DNA from: Bacteriovoracaceae bacterium
GTDB taxonomy: Bacteria > Bdellovibrionota > Bacteriovoracia > Bacteriovoracales > Bacteriovoracaceae
Direction of reading: 5' to 3'
DNA: 64,000 nucleotides
Assembly (NCBI GenBank): GCA_048270185.1
Contig: JBLWTJ010000001.1
Span: 1,472,001-1,536,000, forward strand
Shown: positions 30,521 through 40,322 of the stretch, in pieces
Numbering within the stretch: position 1 is the stretch's first letter
Layout: each line of letters starts with the position of its first letter
Translations under genes and position numbers: made by a program
The notes under the pieces: model-generated
Databases searched by the model: none
Told to the model about the DNA's origin: nothing
The model's input: the letters and a program-made list of their open reading frames with translations, nothing else

Positions 30521-32310
30521 TATAAACTTGAGCGTGAGTTTCCTCTATTACCTTGAGCACGAGGTCCACTGCTACGACGATTTCCCCAGTTTCCACCACG
30601 ATCGTTTCCACCACGACCTCCGGTACGACCACCAGTGCGACCACCGCGTCCGCCACGACCTCCGTCACGACCACCATCACGAGGTCTTTCACGAGTCGCT
30701 TCGAAACGAAGTTTCTTATTTCCGATGAAAACTTGTTCTTGTCCATCAATTAGAAGCTTTCCACTTTCTACAGGAATATCGATGAAAGAGAATTTATCCT
30801 TTAACTGTACGTTGCGAATTTTTCTCTGATCAATTTTTAACTCACCAGCAATAGCATCAAGGAATGCACCAATTTGTGCTCCATCTTCACGTCCGTAGTT
30901 AACAAAACAACGAATATTTCCGTTTGAGTCTGCTCTAACTTGACCATCGCCTCTTTCTCTTCTCTCGCCACGCTTCTTTGGTTCCATATCAATGATTGGA
31001 TTCATTTCAAAACGTTTTAAGTTATCAGCAAATAATGACTTATACATTGCTTTTAGAACTTGTTCTTTATCTAAGTGCTCAAAGCTCTCTGCAAAGATTT
31101 CAAAGCTGTCATCAAGACTATCATTTTGCTCTAATTCTTCAAAAACTTCATCAAATTGATTAACCTTACGACGAACCATTGCTCCTTTTAGTGTATCGAC
31201 ACAAGGGATACGTTCTCTTTCAATTTTTGCATTAGTTAGTCTCTCAAGAGCTGAAATTTTTCTAATCTCGCTTGGAGAAACAACAGAAAGAGCTAGACCC
31301 TTTTGACCTGCACGTCCAGTACGACCAATACGGTGAACATAAGATTCAAGATCTTGTGGAAGTCCAAAGTTGAAAACATGAGTTAAGTGATCAACATCAA
31401 TCCCACGAGCAGCAACGTCTGTACAAACAAGAAGTTTTACTCTCTTGGCCTTGAACTTTTTCATTGTTACATCACGGTGTTTTTGATCCATATCTCCATG
31501 TAGAGAGTCAGCAAGGTAACCTCTAAGGTTTAGTTCGTCACAAAGTGAACTTGCTTCAAGTTTTGTCTTTGTGAAGATAATACCGTAATAATCTTCAACT
31601 GCATCAAGAAGACGGCAAACCGCTTCACGCATGTTTTGATCACGAACAAGGTAGAACTTCTGAGTGATACTATCATTTGAAAGAGTCTTTTTCTTAACTC
31701 TTACGATCTCAGGGTTATCAAGATAATTCTTAATTAGATCAAGGATTGCTGGAGGCATCGTTGCCGAAAACATCCAAGTCTTTTTATTTTCTGCTTGAGC
31801 TAGAATTTCCTTAACATCATCAAGGAATCCCATGTCTAGCATTTCATCGGCCTCATCAAGAACTGCATATTGAACTTCTGAAAGCTTTAATACTCTTCTC
31901 TTAATAAGATCAAGTACGCGCCCTGGAGTACCAACAACAATTTGTGGCTTTATTTTTCCAAGGTTTCTAATTTGATTATCAATTGATGTCCCACCGTAAA
32001 CAGACATTGTCTTGATTTGTTCATTTGCAGAGAATTTCTTAATCTCATCACAAATTTGGTTAGCTAACTCTCTCGTAGGTGAAAGAATTATTGCTTGGAT
32101 ATTTTTACTACCTGAATCTAGAAGATGAAGTAGTGGAAGTGAAAAGGCAGCTGTTTTTCCAGTCCCTGTTTGGGCCTGCCCAACAAAGTCCGTATTCTTT
32201 TCGATTAATACTGGGATAGCTTGTGACTGAATGTCTGTAGCTTCTGTGAACCCTCTATCTTCGAGTGCACGAAGCAGCGATTCCTTAAGTGGAATTTCGT
32301 TAAAATTCAA
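30520..32310 (-). CDS. DEAD-box RNA helicase (DeaD/CsdA-like, DbpA domain, RGG tail)
   Basis: AQTGTGKT, PTRELA, DEAD, SAT, HRIGRTGR; TTG start with AAGGAG SD. Confidence 0.93.
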   Translation of the reverse strand: MNFNEIPLKESLLRALEDRGFTEATDIQSQAIPVLIEKNTDFVGQAQTGTGKTAAFSLPLLHLLDSGSKNIQAIILSPTRELANQICDEIKKFSANEQIKTMSVYGGTSIDNQIRNLGKIKPQIVVGTPGRVLDLIKRRVLKLSEVQYAVLDEADEMLDMGFLDDVKEILAQAENKKTWMFSATMPPAILDLIKNYLDNPEIVRVKKKTLSNDSITQKFYLVRDQNMREAVCRLLDAVEDYYGIIFTKTKLEASSLCDELNLRGYLADSLHGDMDQKHRDVTMKKFKAKRVKLLVCTDVAARGIDVDHLTHVFNFGLPQDLESYVHRIGRTGRAGQKGLALSVVSPSEIRKISALERLTNAKIERERIPCVDTLKGAMVRRKVNQFDEVFEELEQNDSLDDSFEIFAESFEHLDKEQVLKAMYKSLFADNLKRFEMNPIIDMEPKKRGERRERGDGQVRADSNGNIRCFVNYGREDGAQIGAFLDAIAGELKIDQRKIRNVQLKDKFSFIDIPVESGKLLIDGQEQVFIGNKKLRFEATRERPRDGGRDGGRGGRGGRTGGRTGGRGGNDRGGNWGNRRSSGPRAQGNRGNSRSSL

Positions 32311-32468
32311 TTTTGACTCCTTAAACGCAAGCCTAGAATGCAGGCCACGAGGTGTTTTTGTGATTATGACTAATAGTGACCGTCATATAAATAGGCATTT
32401 TTTCTTAATTTGGGGGAATGTAACACGCTAGACGCTGTGTTTCAAGGGCCATGGAAATAATACAATTT

Positions 32469-33161
32469 TTAGATTTTTAATGTATTGAATTCACCACGAA
32501 TATTCTCGGCCATACTCTCAAAGAAGCTTGAAACTGTTACTGATTTATTTAGTAACCAATGATCTGTCGAACATGTCCAAATGTAGTTATAGCGAGTTTT
32601 ATTCTTCCCAACAGGAGTTATGTAGTAGACACCACCGGAAGTCTGCATAACACTTACCTTTTCAAGGGGAGAATCGATATAATCCTTTGCTTCCTTGTCC
32701 GATAACATCGTCATTGTCACTTTATAGCCGTCTTTGTAGCGAAAAACGCGAATTAGGTCATTATAAGTATAAAGGCCACGATTATAAGAGCGTCTCTTAA
32801 CCAGGAACCTCTTAAGCTCATTCTTTTCAAGCTTTCTCTTTTTAAGGTCCTTCACAATCACTGACTCAATCAGCATTCCACTTTGATAAGGACAATCCAT
32901 TTTCTTATCAGTGTAGATTCGACGATCCTTGTGCTCGTTATTACAACGTTTATCAAAAGACAGAACGCGCTCTAAAACCTTCTCGATTGGGCGATCTATC
33001 ACATCATCTAAACGACCCTCATAGAAGCGTACATCATCTTTCTTTCCTGAGCGCATTTCGACATTAAATTCCGAGGACTTATCCCTGTAGTCGACTTCAA
33101 AACTACTAGTATCTAGGGCATAGGACGTTAATGTGAGGCAAATGGCGATTAAGATCTTCAT
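32469..33161 (-). CDS. Exported hypothetical protein, possibly START/SRPBCC-like
   Basis: Signal peptide ending SYA; C-terminal GVYYITPVGKNKTRYNY followed by a helix resembles the START C-terminus. Confidence 0.65.
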   Translation of the reverse strand: MKILIAICLTLTSYALDTSSFEVDYRDKSSEFNVEMRSGKKDDVRFYEGRLDDVIDRPIEKVLERVLSFDKRCNNEHKDRRIYTDKKMDCPYQSGMLIESVIVKDLKKRKLEKNELKRFLVKRRSYNRGLYTYNDLIRVFRYKDGYKVTMTMLSDKEAKDYIDSPLEKVSVMQTSGGVYYITPVGKNKTRYNYIWTCSTDHWLLNKSVTVSSFFESMAENIRGEFNTLKI

Positions 33162-33286
33162 CCTTTATATTTACCATTATTTGCGGTTTTGGGCAATTTG
33201 TTGAGAAATAATGAACCATAGGTTCAAGCAAGTAAGGAGACAGGCCCCTGATAACGAAGTTGAAATTGAAAATGAAGAATTTAGGC

Positions 33287-33312
33287 AAAAAAAAAGCCTC
33301 CGATACGGAAGC
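33287..33312 (-). terminator. Terminator of tRNA-Leu
   Basis: Minus strand GCTTCCG-tat-CGGAGGC followed by T9. Confidence 0.75.
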
Positions 33313-33321
33313 AAAAAAAGA

Positions 33322-33405
33322 TGGTGCCCAGAAGAGGACTTGAACCTCCACGCCAAAGGCACTAGATCCTAAGTCTAGCGTGTCTACCAATTTCACCATC
33401 TGGGC
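33322..33405 (-). tRNA. tRNA-Leu (TAG)
   Basis: GCCCAGA...TCTGGGCACCA acceptor; CTAGA-CTTAGGA-TCTAG anticodon arm; long variable arm; GGTTCAAGTCC. Confidence 0.96.
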
Positions 33406-33493
33406 ACAATTTTAAAAGTCTTAAAAAAAAGAATTTCATTGGTAAGGCGTGAGAATATTTATAAGGGAAGTTATCCATTATGGCAAGAAAAAA

Positions 33494-35563
33494 TTAAGCT
33501 GCTTGTTTATTTTTCTTCGCAAGCTCTTTTTCCAAGTCTTTGATTTTATTTGTTAGCATTTTATTATCTTGTGAAAGCTTGTGATTATCCTTTTTATGGC
33601 CAGCAATTTCATCTTCCATTCTTAATTTAATCACTTTTTGTTGATCAATTTGCTTCTCAAGATGCATGATTTTCTTATCACTTACCTTACTTCCAGAAGC
33701 AGCTTTCTTGGCCTTTTCTAAGTTTGTAATCTGTGACTGAGCAAATTTAAGGCGTTGCTTATACATCTTAACTTCAATCTGGGCATCTTTTAACTTTGTC
33801 GCGAGATCATCCTCATTACCACTATTTTTCACAAGCTCTTGGGCCTTATTTAAACGAGCAATCTCTTTTTCAAGCGAATCAACTTTTACAAGCTCTTCTT
33901 TATATTTTTGCTGAAGTGTAGTGAACTCTTGCTTATCTTCAGTCGTTGATAAATTTGCATCATCCACCTTCTGACTCATCACTTCAATCTTTTCATTTTT
34001 TAGATCGACTTCTTTTGTTAGTTGAACAATCTTACTTTGTAATTCTTTAACTATTTCACTTTGATCGACTTCAATGCTCTTTACTTCTAAAATATCATCT
34101 TTAGTCGATAGCGAAGCATCTTCAGCTGTATTGAGACTCTTAACAACCATCGGCTCTTTGTTCAACTTATCTTGCATTTGAGTGAAAAGCTCATTCATTC
34201 GTTTAAGCTTCTCTTTCATCTGAATTACTTCTGAATCACGAACAAATTCATCCATACTCTTACCAGACTTAACGAGTATTTCTTCAGCAATCGTTCCTTC
34301 AGCATCTTCTTTAATAATATAAAAATCTTCTTTCTTAACATCAAACTTCTCTGATACTAAAGTTACTACTGAGTCGACATATTCTTCATAAGAACTAACT
34401 TTTTGTATATCAACAACTTCTTCTTTAATACCTTGGATAATTTCACTATTATCACTTGGCCATTTATTCGCATCAATTAATTCTTTAAGCTTTGATTTAC
34501 TGACTTTACTAAAGAAATTCTCAGTGAACTCTTCTGGTCTCTGATTTTTAAATGTTGAATCAACACTCGTCCTAATTGCTTTGGCCACCTTTTCTTCATT
34601 ATCCTTATTAAGAACAGACTTTTTAATAAAGTCGATATCGTCTTCTTTAAGTAGTTTGAGAATAGCTTTATCAGGATAAGCATCTAAGTTATCGAGGAAA
34701 TCATCCTCAGGAAAATCTCGCTTGACGAGAAAGCTTACAATATTCTTAAGAGTAGTAATGGTAATTTTCTTGGCCACTTCTTCGTGGTGATTGGTGTGGT
34801 CAACAATTTTTGAATCATTTAATATTACTTCTTTTTGTGAAGACTTTGAGATTGCTGTGCTCAACTCGTAATTTAGATGGGCCAGATATGTCCTCTGTTT
34901 TTCTAAAGAAAAGCGAAGGTCAAATTGTCCTCTCTTTGAATTTGTTTTTAGACTATAAAATGAAAAATCATTTGAGAGAAGACTTGCAATTGATGATTCA
35001 AAAGACTCATTTATATGAACGGCACTGGCATTAATTCTAAACATGGCCTCTTTATCGCCCATTAGAAGTTCTAATTCGATTGGAATGCATTGCATATTAA
35101 TGACAAGCTCATTTAAGAGATTCAATAGAACACTTGAAATTTTCGAAATATCAAAATCACTTTCAAAAACTTTGAAATTAATTAGGTCAAAGTAATAACC
35201 CAAACTAAATCGCGACGTGATCTTGTATTGTTTTAAACTTTTAAACTCGCTTCCCGATCTAACTGCTGGAGTTTGTGGAACTCCAAAATATCTTTCGATT
35301 TCATTTAGGACATAAGTCTTTTCATCAACAATCACTTCTGGCGAAATTGTAATCATCCCTTCAACTTTATCAGCTGAAACGTAGATAACTTTTTGAGCAT
35401 CACTTGCTTGAAAACTAGTATCATCAGTAACAACAAGAGCTTTAGCTGTTAACTCATCGATCGACTCAACGAGATGGTATTGAATATCTTCAGATACTCT
35501 TTGTGATAATTTATCAAAGAGTGATTTATCCAAGAATGTGAAGACTTCAATCTTAAAACTCAA
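33494..35563 (-). CDS. Large hypothetical protein with C-terminal coiled coil
   Basis: 689 aa; K/E/Q-rich heptad-like C-terminal third; TTG start abuts the upstream stop. Confidence 0.8.
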   Translation of the reverse strand: MSFKIEVFTFLDKSLFDKLSQRVSEDIQYHLVESIDELTAKALVVTDDTSFQASDAQKVIYVSADKVEGMITISPEVIVDEKTYVLNEIERYFGVPQTPAVRSGSEFKSLKQYKITSRFSLGYYFDLINFKVFESDFDISKISSVLLNLLNELVINMQCIPIELELLMGDKEAMFRINASAVHINESFESSIASLLSNDFSFYSLKTNSKRGQFDLRFSLEKQRTYLAHLNYELSTAISKSSQKEVILNDSKIVDHTNHHEEVAKKITITTLKNIVSFLVKRDFPEDDFLDNLDAYPDKAILKLLKEDDIDFIKKSVLNKDNEEKVAKAIRTSVDSTFKNQRPEEFTENFFSKVSKSKLKELIDANKWPSDNSEIIQGIKEEVVDIQKVSSYEEYVDSVVTLVSEKFDVKKEDFYIIKEDAEGTIAEEILVKSGKSMDEFVRDSEVIQMKEKLKRMNELFTQMQDKLNKEPMVVKSLNTAEDASLSTKDDILEVKSIEVDQSEIVKELQSKIVQLTKEVDLKNEKIEVMSQKVDDANLSTTEDKQEFTTLQQKYKEELVKVDSLEKEIARLNKAQELVKNSGNEDDLATKLKDAQIEVKMYKQRLKFAQSQITNLEKAKKAASGSKVSDKKIMHLEKQIDQQKVIKLRMEDEIAGHKKDNHKLSQDNKMLTNKIKDLEKELAKKNKQAA

Positions 35564-36388
35564 TTAAGCGGCCCTCCCAATATCTTCCTGTGCGATAATC
35601 TCATCAAGATATCGATACTCTTTGAGAGAATTAAGGATCAAGTTGAAAATACTATCTAGGTCGTTTGGTTCGAAATTTAATTCTAGTTCATAGACTTTAT
35701 GATGAATCTTCGCCCACATGCCGCCAATATCATCACTTAATTTATAATTTAAAGTAAAGAATTCATCAGTTAAGTTTGCAAAGTAAGCACTATTATCCAG
35801 GTCTAAACATTCTTCAAGTGATTTTGATTTCTCTGGGCTTCGCGATACATGATTAAAATATGTAACAAGAACACTATTGAATACATTTTTTAAGAATTTA
35901 AAATCAAGATAGCCAGATATTAAGGCCACATAAACAAGTGTTGATGCAATCACTTGTGCTCTCTTAAGTGTCACTACACTAGTTGCTAGAAAGTCTTCTT
36001 CAATATTAATTTCGTCACTATTTAAGTCATAGAAAACTTGATGACATATGAAAACGAAGTCCAGTGTTGAAACTTTTTGACTGCTTTTAAGTGTACGATA
36101 GAAATCAACGAGAATGAGATTTCTAAAACGAAGTTTTTCGTCTTCAAAATTTGCATTCTCTAAGCTTTGAAAATGATCAATGACTTTTGAAATTCTCTCT
36201 TCATCAATAATTACTTTTTGTAAAAACTGATCGTTTTGAGATGAAAGTTTTTGGGCCAATTCAAGGTTTGCAAATTCACCAGCATGACCAATACACAGTC
36301 TTCGGCCACTTGGCCTACACCAATACAGCTCTCCTCTTAAAAGTGGAGACGATTTTATATCACTGAATTTAAAACTTAACTCTCTCAT
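35564..36388 (-). CDS. Hypothetical protein
   Basis: 274-aa ORF with AAGG SD; sigma-28-like promoter upstream. Confidence 0.75.
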   Translation of the reverse strand: MRELSFKFSDIKSSPLLRGELYWCRPSGRRLCIGHAGEFANLELAQKLSSQNDQFLQKVIIDEERISKVIDHFQSLENANFEDEKLRFRNLILVDFYRTLKSSQKVSTLDFVFICHQVFYDLNSDEINIEEDFLATSVVTLKRAQVIASTLVYVALISGYLDFKFLKNVFNSVLVTYFNHVSRSPEKSKSLEECLDLDNSAYFANLTDEFFTLNYKLSDDIGGMWAKIHHKVYELELNFEPNDLDSIFNLILNSLKEYRYLDEIIAQEDIGRAA

Positions 36389-36403
36389 ATGCCTTAAATC
36401 TAT

Positions 36404-36431
36404 AAAACAAAGGGCCCAGAAATTGGGCCCT
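36404..36431 (-). terminator. Terminator-like hairpin after the opp genes
   Basis: Minus strand AGGGCCCA-atttc-TGGGCCCT followed by TTGTTTT. Confidence 0.55.
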
Positions 36432-36442
36432 CTATATAAGAT

Positions 36443-36470
36443 TTATCGGATAAAATCAGGAAAAAATTAA
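36443..36470 (-). promoter_or_regulatory. Putative sigma-28-type promoter
   Basis: TTAAT-N15-TCCGATAA. Confidence 0.55.
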
Positions 36471-36495
36471 GCTTTTTTAAAGCCTGACTAAATGA

Positions 36496-37368
36496 CTATG
36501 CTTTACCTTTTAGTTTTGGATCAAGCGAGTCACGAAGCGCGTCTCCAAGCAGGTTTAGCGCAAGAACAAGAATAAACATTGCAAATGTAGCAGCAGATAG
36601 TTGCCACCAAACACCACGAGCAAGTTCAAGTTTTGAATCATCAATCATTGTTCCCCAAGACGGCTGACCTTGGACACCAAGACCTAAATAAGAAAGGATT
36701 ACTTCTGACTTAATTGCCTGTTGAAAACGAAGTGAGAATTGAATGATAACAATATGGAAGATATTTGGAAGAATATGCTTAAACATTCTTCTCATATTAC
36801 CTGCACCAAGAGCAGCAGCTGCCTGAACATATTCTCTTTCCTTGTGACGAAGAACTTCACCACGAACAAGACGACAAAGCCCAACCCATGAAGTGATCCC
36901 AAGTGCTAGGAAAAGAGATGATGTCCCCTTTCCAAGAACCATTGTTACAGCAAAAAGTAACATGATATATGGAATCGAAGCTAGTGATGTATAGAACCAA
37001 ACGATAAATTCATCAACTTTACCACCAAAGTAACCGGCCATGAGACCTAGTGTTACACCGATAACAGTTGAGATTGTTGCCGTTGAAAAACCAATACCAA
37101 TGGCCATCTCAGCACCTTTTAGAGTTTTATAAACAACACTTCTTCCGAAAATATCTGTACCAAATAATGCATCCATTGAAGGAGCAGAATATGAAGCACC
37201 AATTTCTTTTGACCACTCTCCGGCAATTACACCAAAGAATGTCAGGGCAGCAAGAAAAACGTAAGCTGCGATAACGACCATACTAAAAACGGCAGCTTTA
37301 TCTTTTTTAAGCTCTGTCCAAGCATGTCCCCATAATGATTTTGATTCACTTGAATGATTTATTGACAT
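36496..37368 (-). CDS. Peptide ABC transporter permease (OppC/DppC-like)
   Basis: FGTDIFGR; EAA loop EYVQAAAALGA...HILPN; NLLGDALRD.LDP. Confidence 0.93.
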   Translation of the reverse strand: MSINHSSESKSLWGHAWTELKKDKAAVFSMVVIAAYVFLAALTFFGVIAGEWSKEIGASYSAPSMDALFGTDIFGRSVVYKTLKGAEMAIGIGFSTATISTVIGVTLGLMAGYFGGKVDEFIVWFYTSLASIPYIMLLFAVTMVLGKGTSSLFLALGITSWVGLCRLVRGEVLRHKEREYVQAAAALGAGNMRRMFKHILPNIFHIVIIQFSLRFQQAIKSEVILSYLGLGVQGQPSWGTMIDDSKLELARGVWWQLSAATFAMFILVLALNLLGDALRDSLDPKLKGKA

Positions 37369-37376
37369 GACAACTC

Positions 37377-38318
37377 CTACTTTAACCTTACTCTTGGATC
37401 AACCATTGTATATAGAATATCCGTAATAACTGTGAAAACGATATAGGCCATGGCCGAAAGAATCGTCATTGCTTTAATAACAGGGAAATCGTTATCAAAA
37501 ACAGCTTTTACAGTTAGACCACCAAGCCCTGGAATTGAGAAGAAACTCTCAAGAAGTAGGGCCCCTAAAATAAGGAAAGGGATTTGAATAACAACGTATG
37601 TGATAATTGGAATTAGTGAGTTTTTAAGTACGTGCTTTAATAGTACAACTTTTTCACTTAGACCTTTTGCACGGGCAGTACGTACATAGTCTTGATAAAT
37701 ATCATCCAGGATGACAGTTCTAAAATAACGAAGGTCTGGACCTAAGTTTAGAACAACCATAATGATTACTGGTAGTAAAACGTAAGGTATGAAATATGGA
37801 AAACCATGCTCATAACCTGAAATCTCAAACCAACCTAATTCATAAGCAAAGAATTTTTGGAAGAATAAGATATAAGCAAGAGATGGAATACTCATTAAAC
37901 AAACACAAATGATAACAAGAGTGCGGTCGATAAGCTTACCTCTAAAGAAAGCAACAACGATTGCTAAGAGAATAGAGAGTACAGTCGATAATAAGAACGC
38001 CGGAAATGTAAGCGTTAATGAAGGAACGGCTCCCTCTTTGATCATTTCGATAATTTTTTGCTTAGTCGCCCATGAACGACCAAAATCAAAAGTAAATGCC
38101 GACTTAACAATATTTAGATATTGTTCAACAAGTGGCTTATCAAGTCCAAGCTCATGTCTAACTTCAGCAATTTGCTTTGCAGACGCGTGCTTACCTAAAA
38201 GTAGTTGTGCTGGATCGTAACCAGACAGATTGAAGATCGCAAAAACGATTAAACAAACACCTAAGATGATAGGGATTGTATAAAGTAATCTTCTTAAAAT
38301 ATAAGACCAAGTATTCAC
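37377..38318 (-). CDS. Peptide ABC transporter permease (OppB/DppB-like)
   Basis: YILRRL, DFGRS, YVRTARAKGL, FSIPGLG, DPRVR. Confidence 0.93.
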   Translation of the reverse strand: MNTWSYILRRLLYTIPIILGVCLIVFAIFNLSGYDPAQLLLGKHASAKQIAEVRHELGLDKPLVEQYLNIVKSAFTFDFGRSWATKQKIIEMIKEGAVPSLTLTFPAFLLSTVLSILLAIVVAFFRGKLIDRTLVIICVCLMSIPSLAYILFFQKFFAYELGWFEISGYEHGFPYFIPYVLLPVIIMVVLNLGPDLRYFRTVILDDIYQDYVRTARAKGLSEKVVLLKHVLKNSLIPIITYVVIQIPFLILGALLLESFFSIPGLGGLTVKAVFDNDFPVIKAMTILSAMAYIVFTVITDILYTMVDPRVRLK

Positions 38319-38413
38319 AAAAACAGCTCCTTAGCTCTAACTTTATCAATTCAACGATAATACTTAACGTTTATTTAAATAGACTTGAAAAGATCAAAAT
38401 CTACTTAAATAAA

Positions 38414-38435
38414 CGTTGGAGATCACTCTCCAACG
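38414..38435 (-). terminator. Stem-loop with GNRA loop between oppA and oppB
   Basis: Minus strand CGTTGGAGA-GTGA-TCTCCAACG followed by TTTATTT. Confidence 0.6.
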
Positions 38436-38446
38436 CTTATCATTTC

Positions 38447-40210
38447 TTATAACTTATCTTGCATAGCTTTTTTAATTTCGATATCAACATCAAGGTACTG
38501 AGCTTGCCCAGCCTCAAAGTCAGTTGTCATATAGTTTTTAAGCCACTTGTGCTTAATTAAATATGACTGACGGTGAACTCCGTAAATCCATGGAACTTCT
38601 TCAGCTGCCATTTTGTTTAGCTTTTCATAGATAGCAGTTCTCTCTGGAGAATCTTGCATAATTGAAGCTTGTGCAAATAGCTTATTGAATTCTGGGTTGT
38701 TATAACCTGAACCGTTTGCTCCTGGAGACTTATTTGGTCCGTATAGAAGCTGTAGGAAGTTTTCAGCATCTGGGTAATCTGCACCCCATGCAATTCCGTA
38801 TAGCATTACCTGACGAGCAGTAATTTTCTTTTGTAGTTCTGGCCAAGAGTTTTGAACAACTTTGATATTCACACCAATTTCAGACATTTGCTTTTTGAAT
38901 AGCTCACCGATTTGACGTGAAGTTGAAGAACTTGGACAGTCATAAGTAATCTCTGGAAGACCTTTACCATTTGGGTAACCAGCCTTTGCAAGAAGTTCTT
39001 TTGCCTTCTCTAAGTTTTTCTCACGATACGGAGATACATATCCCGAGATATTACCAGCAATTCCTGGAGGAACAACTGATTGCGCAGGAAGAGCTGTATC
39101 ATTGTAGAAAAGCTTATTTGACTCATTAACATCGTAAGCAAGAGCAAGTGCTCTTCTTAAGTTAACATTTTGGAATAACTTAAGATCGTGATTGAAAGCT
39201 GTATAAGTAACGTCAAGAGATGGAGAAATTGAAAGTTCAATTCCTTTTTCTTCAAATTGCTTATCAAGTCCTTTACCTGGAGTAACGGCCGCTTCAAAGT
39301 TATCTTTTGGAATACCAATATAGTCTAGTCTTCCCTTTAGGAAGTTAAGCCATCTTGGTTGATCTTCTTTAATAATATTAATTTCAATTTTATCAACAAA
39401 AGGAACTGGCTTTCCAGCATACTTAAGCATGTGCTTAAACTCATCACTTGCTTCTGTAGGAAAAAGCTTCTTTCTAAAATTAGGGTTTCTTGTGTAGTGA
39501 AACTTCTTCGCAGTTTGGTTGAATTTTTCAATCATGAAAGGACCTGTACCAACTGGGTGGTTTAGGAATTCTTTCCCATAGTGATCGACAACTTCTTTTG
39601 CTACAGCAAATGTAAATGGCATTGCTAGAGAGTATAGGAATTGAGGGAATTGCTTTGTAAGTTTAAACTGAATTGTATACTTATCAAGAGTCTTAAGACC
39701 TTCAACAACTTCAGTATAATCAACTGTATCTTTCTTAGCATTTTTATCACGCCACTCATCAAGTCCTACAATTTTACCTTGTAGTAACCACCAACCAAGA
39801 CCTTGTAGTTTTGGGTCAGCAAGTCTTTTAATTGAGTAAACAAAGTCTTCTGCTACTAGTTCACGTCCTTTTCCATCTTTGAATGCTTTATCATCTTGGA
39901 AAAGAACACCTTTCTTAATTTTGAAAGTATAAGTTAGACCATCTTCAGATACTTCTGGAAGTGACTCAGCTAGATTTGGAACTAGCGTATAAGGTCTCTT
40001 TAGGTAGTGATATTCTAGTAAACCTTCATAAACACGGCCTACTTCATTTGAAGAATATCTATCGTTTGAGTAAATTGGATCCATTCCTTTTACTTCTGAA
40101 GAAACAGATAAGTTTAATACCTTTTCATTAAGGTCAACTTTTTTAGTACATGAGAAAGTTAGAGCAACTAAACCCATGAATAATAATGAAACAAGTTTAC
40201 TTGATTTCAT
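38447..40210 (-). CDS. Peptide ABC transporter substrate-binding lipoprotein (SBP family 5)
   Basis: Lipobox TFSC; VYEGL, P.LAE..PEVSEDGLTYTF, PVGTGPF, WGADYPD. Confidence 0.93.
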   Translation of the reverse strand: MKSSKLVSLLFMGLVALTFSCTKKVDLNEKVLNLSVSSEVKGMDPIYSNDRYSSNEVGRVYEGLLEYHYLKRPYTLVPNLAESLPEVSEDGLTYTFKIKKGVLFQDDKAFKDGKGRELVAEDFVYSIKRLADPKLQGLGWWLLQGKIVGLDEWRDKNAKKDTVDYTEVVEGLKTLDKYTIQFKLTKQFPQFLYSLAMPFTFAVAKEVVDHYGKEFLNHPVGTGPFMIEKFNQTAKKFHYTRNPNFRKKLFPTEASDEFKHMLKYAGKPVPFVDKIEINIIKEDQPRWLNFLKGRLDYIGIPKDNFEAAVTPGKGLDKQFEEKGIELSISPSLDVTYTAFNHDLKLFQNVNLRRALALAYDVNESNKLFYNDTALPAQSVVPPGIAGNISGYVSPYREKNLEKAKELLAKAGYPNGKGLPEITYDCPSSSTSRQIGELFKKQMSEIGVNIKVVQNSWPELQKKITARQVMLYGIAWGADYPDAENFLQLLYGPNKSPGANGSGYNNPEFNKLFAQASIMQDSPERTAIYEKLNKMAAEEVPWIYGVHRQSYLIKHKWLKNYMTTDFEAGQAQYLDVDIEIKKAMQDKL

Positions 40211-40322
40211 GAACCATCCTTTGTTTTTAAATTATTGCGTAGAATAATACTAAAGTATTTTATACAAGAGTTAAGTTGAATTTACTAGGGAATATTAAAG
40301 GGTTACGACACTGCGCAAGGTA

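Noticed and set aside
30345..30829. Several short overlapping ORFs and GC-rich repeats
   Set aside because: They are alternative-frame shadows of the helicase RGG tail
33106..33399. 97-aa and 61-aa minus-strand ORFs
   Set aside because: They run through tRNA-Leu and its terminator
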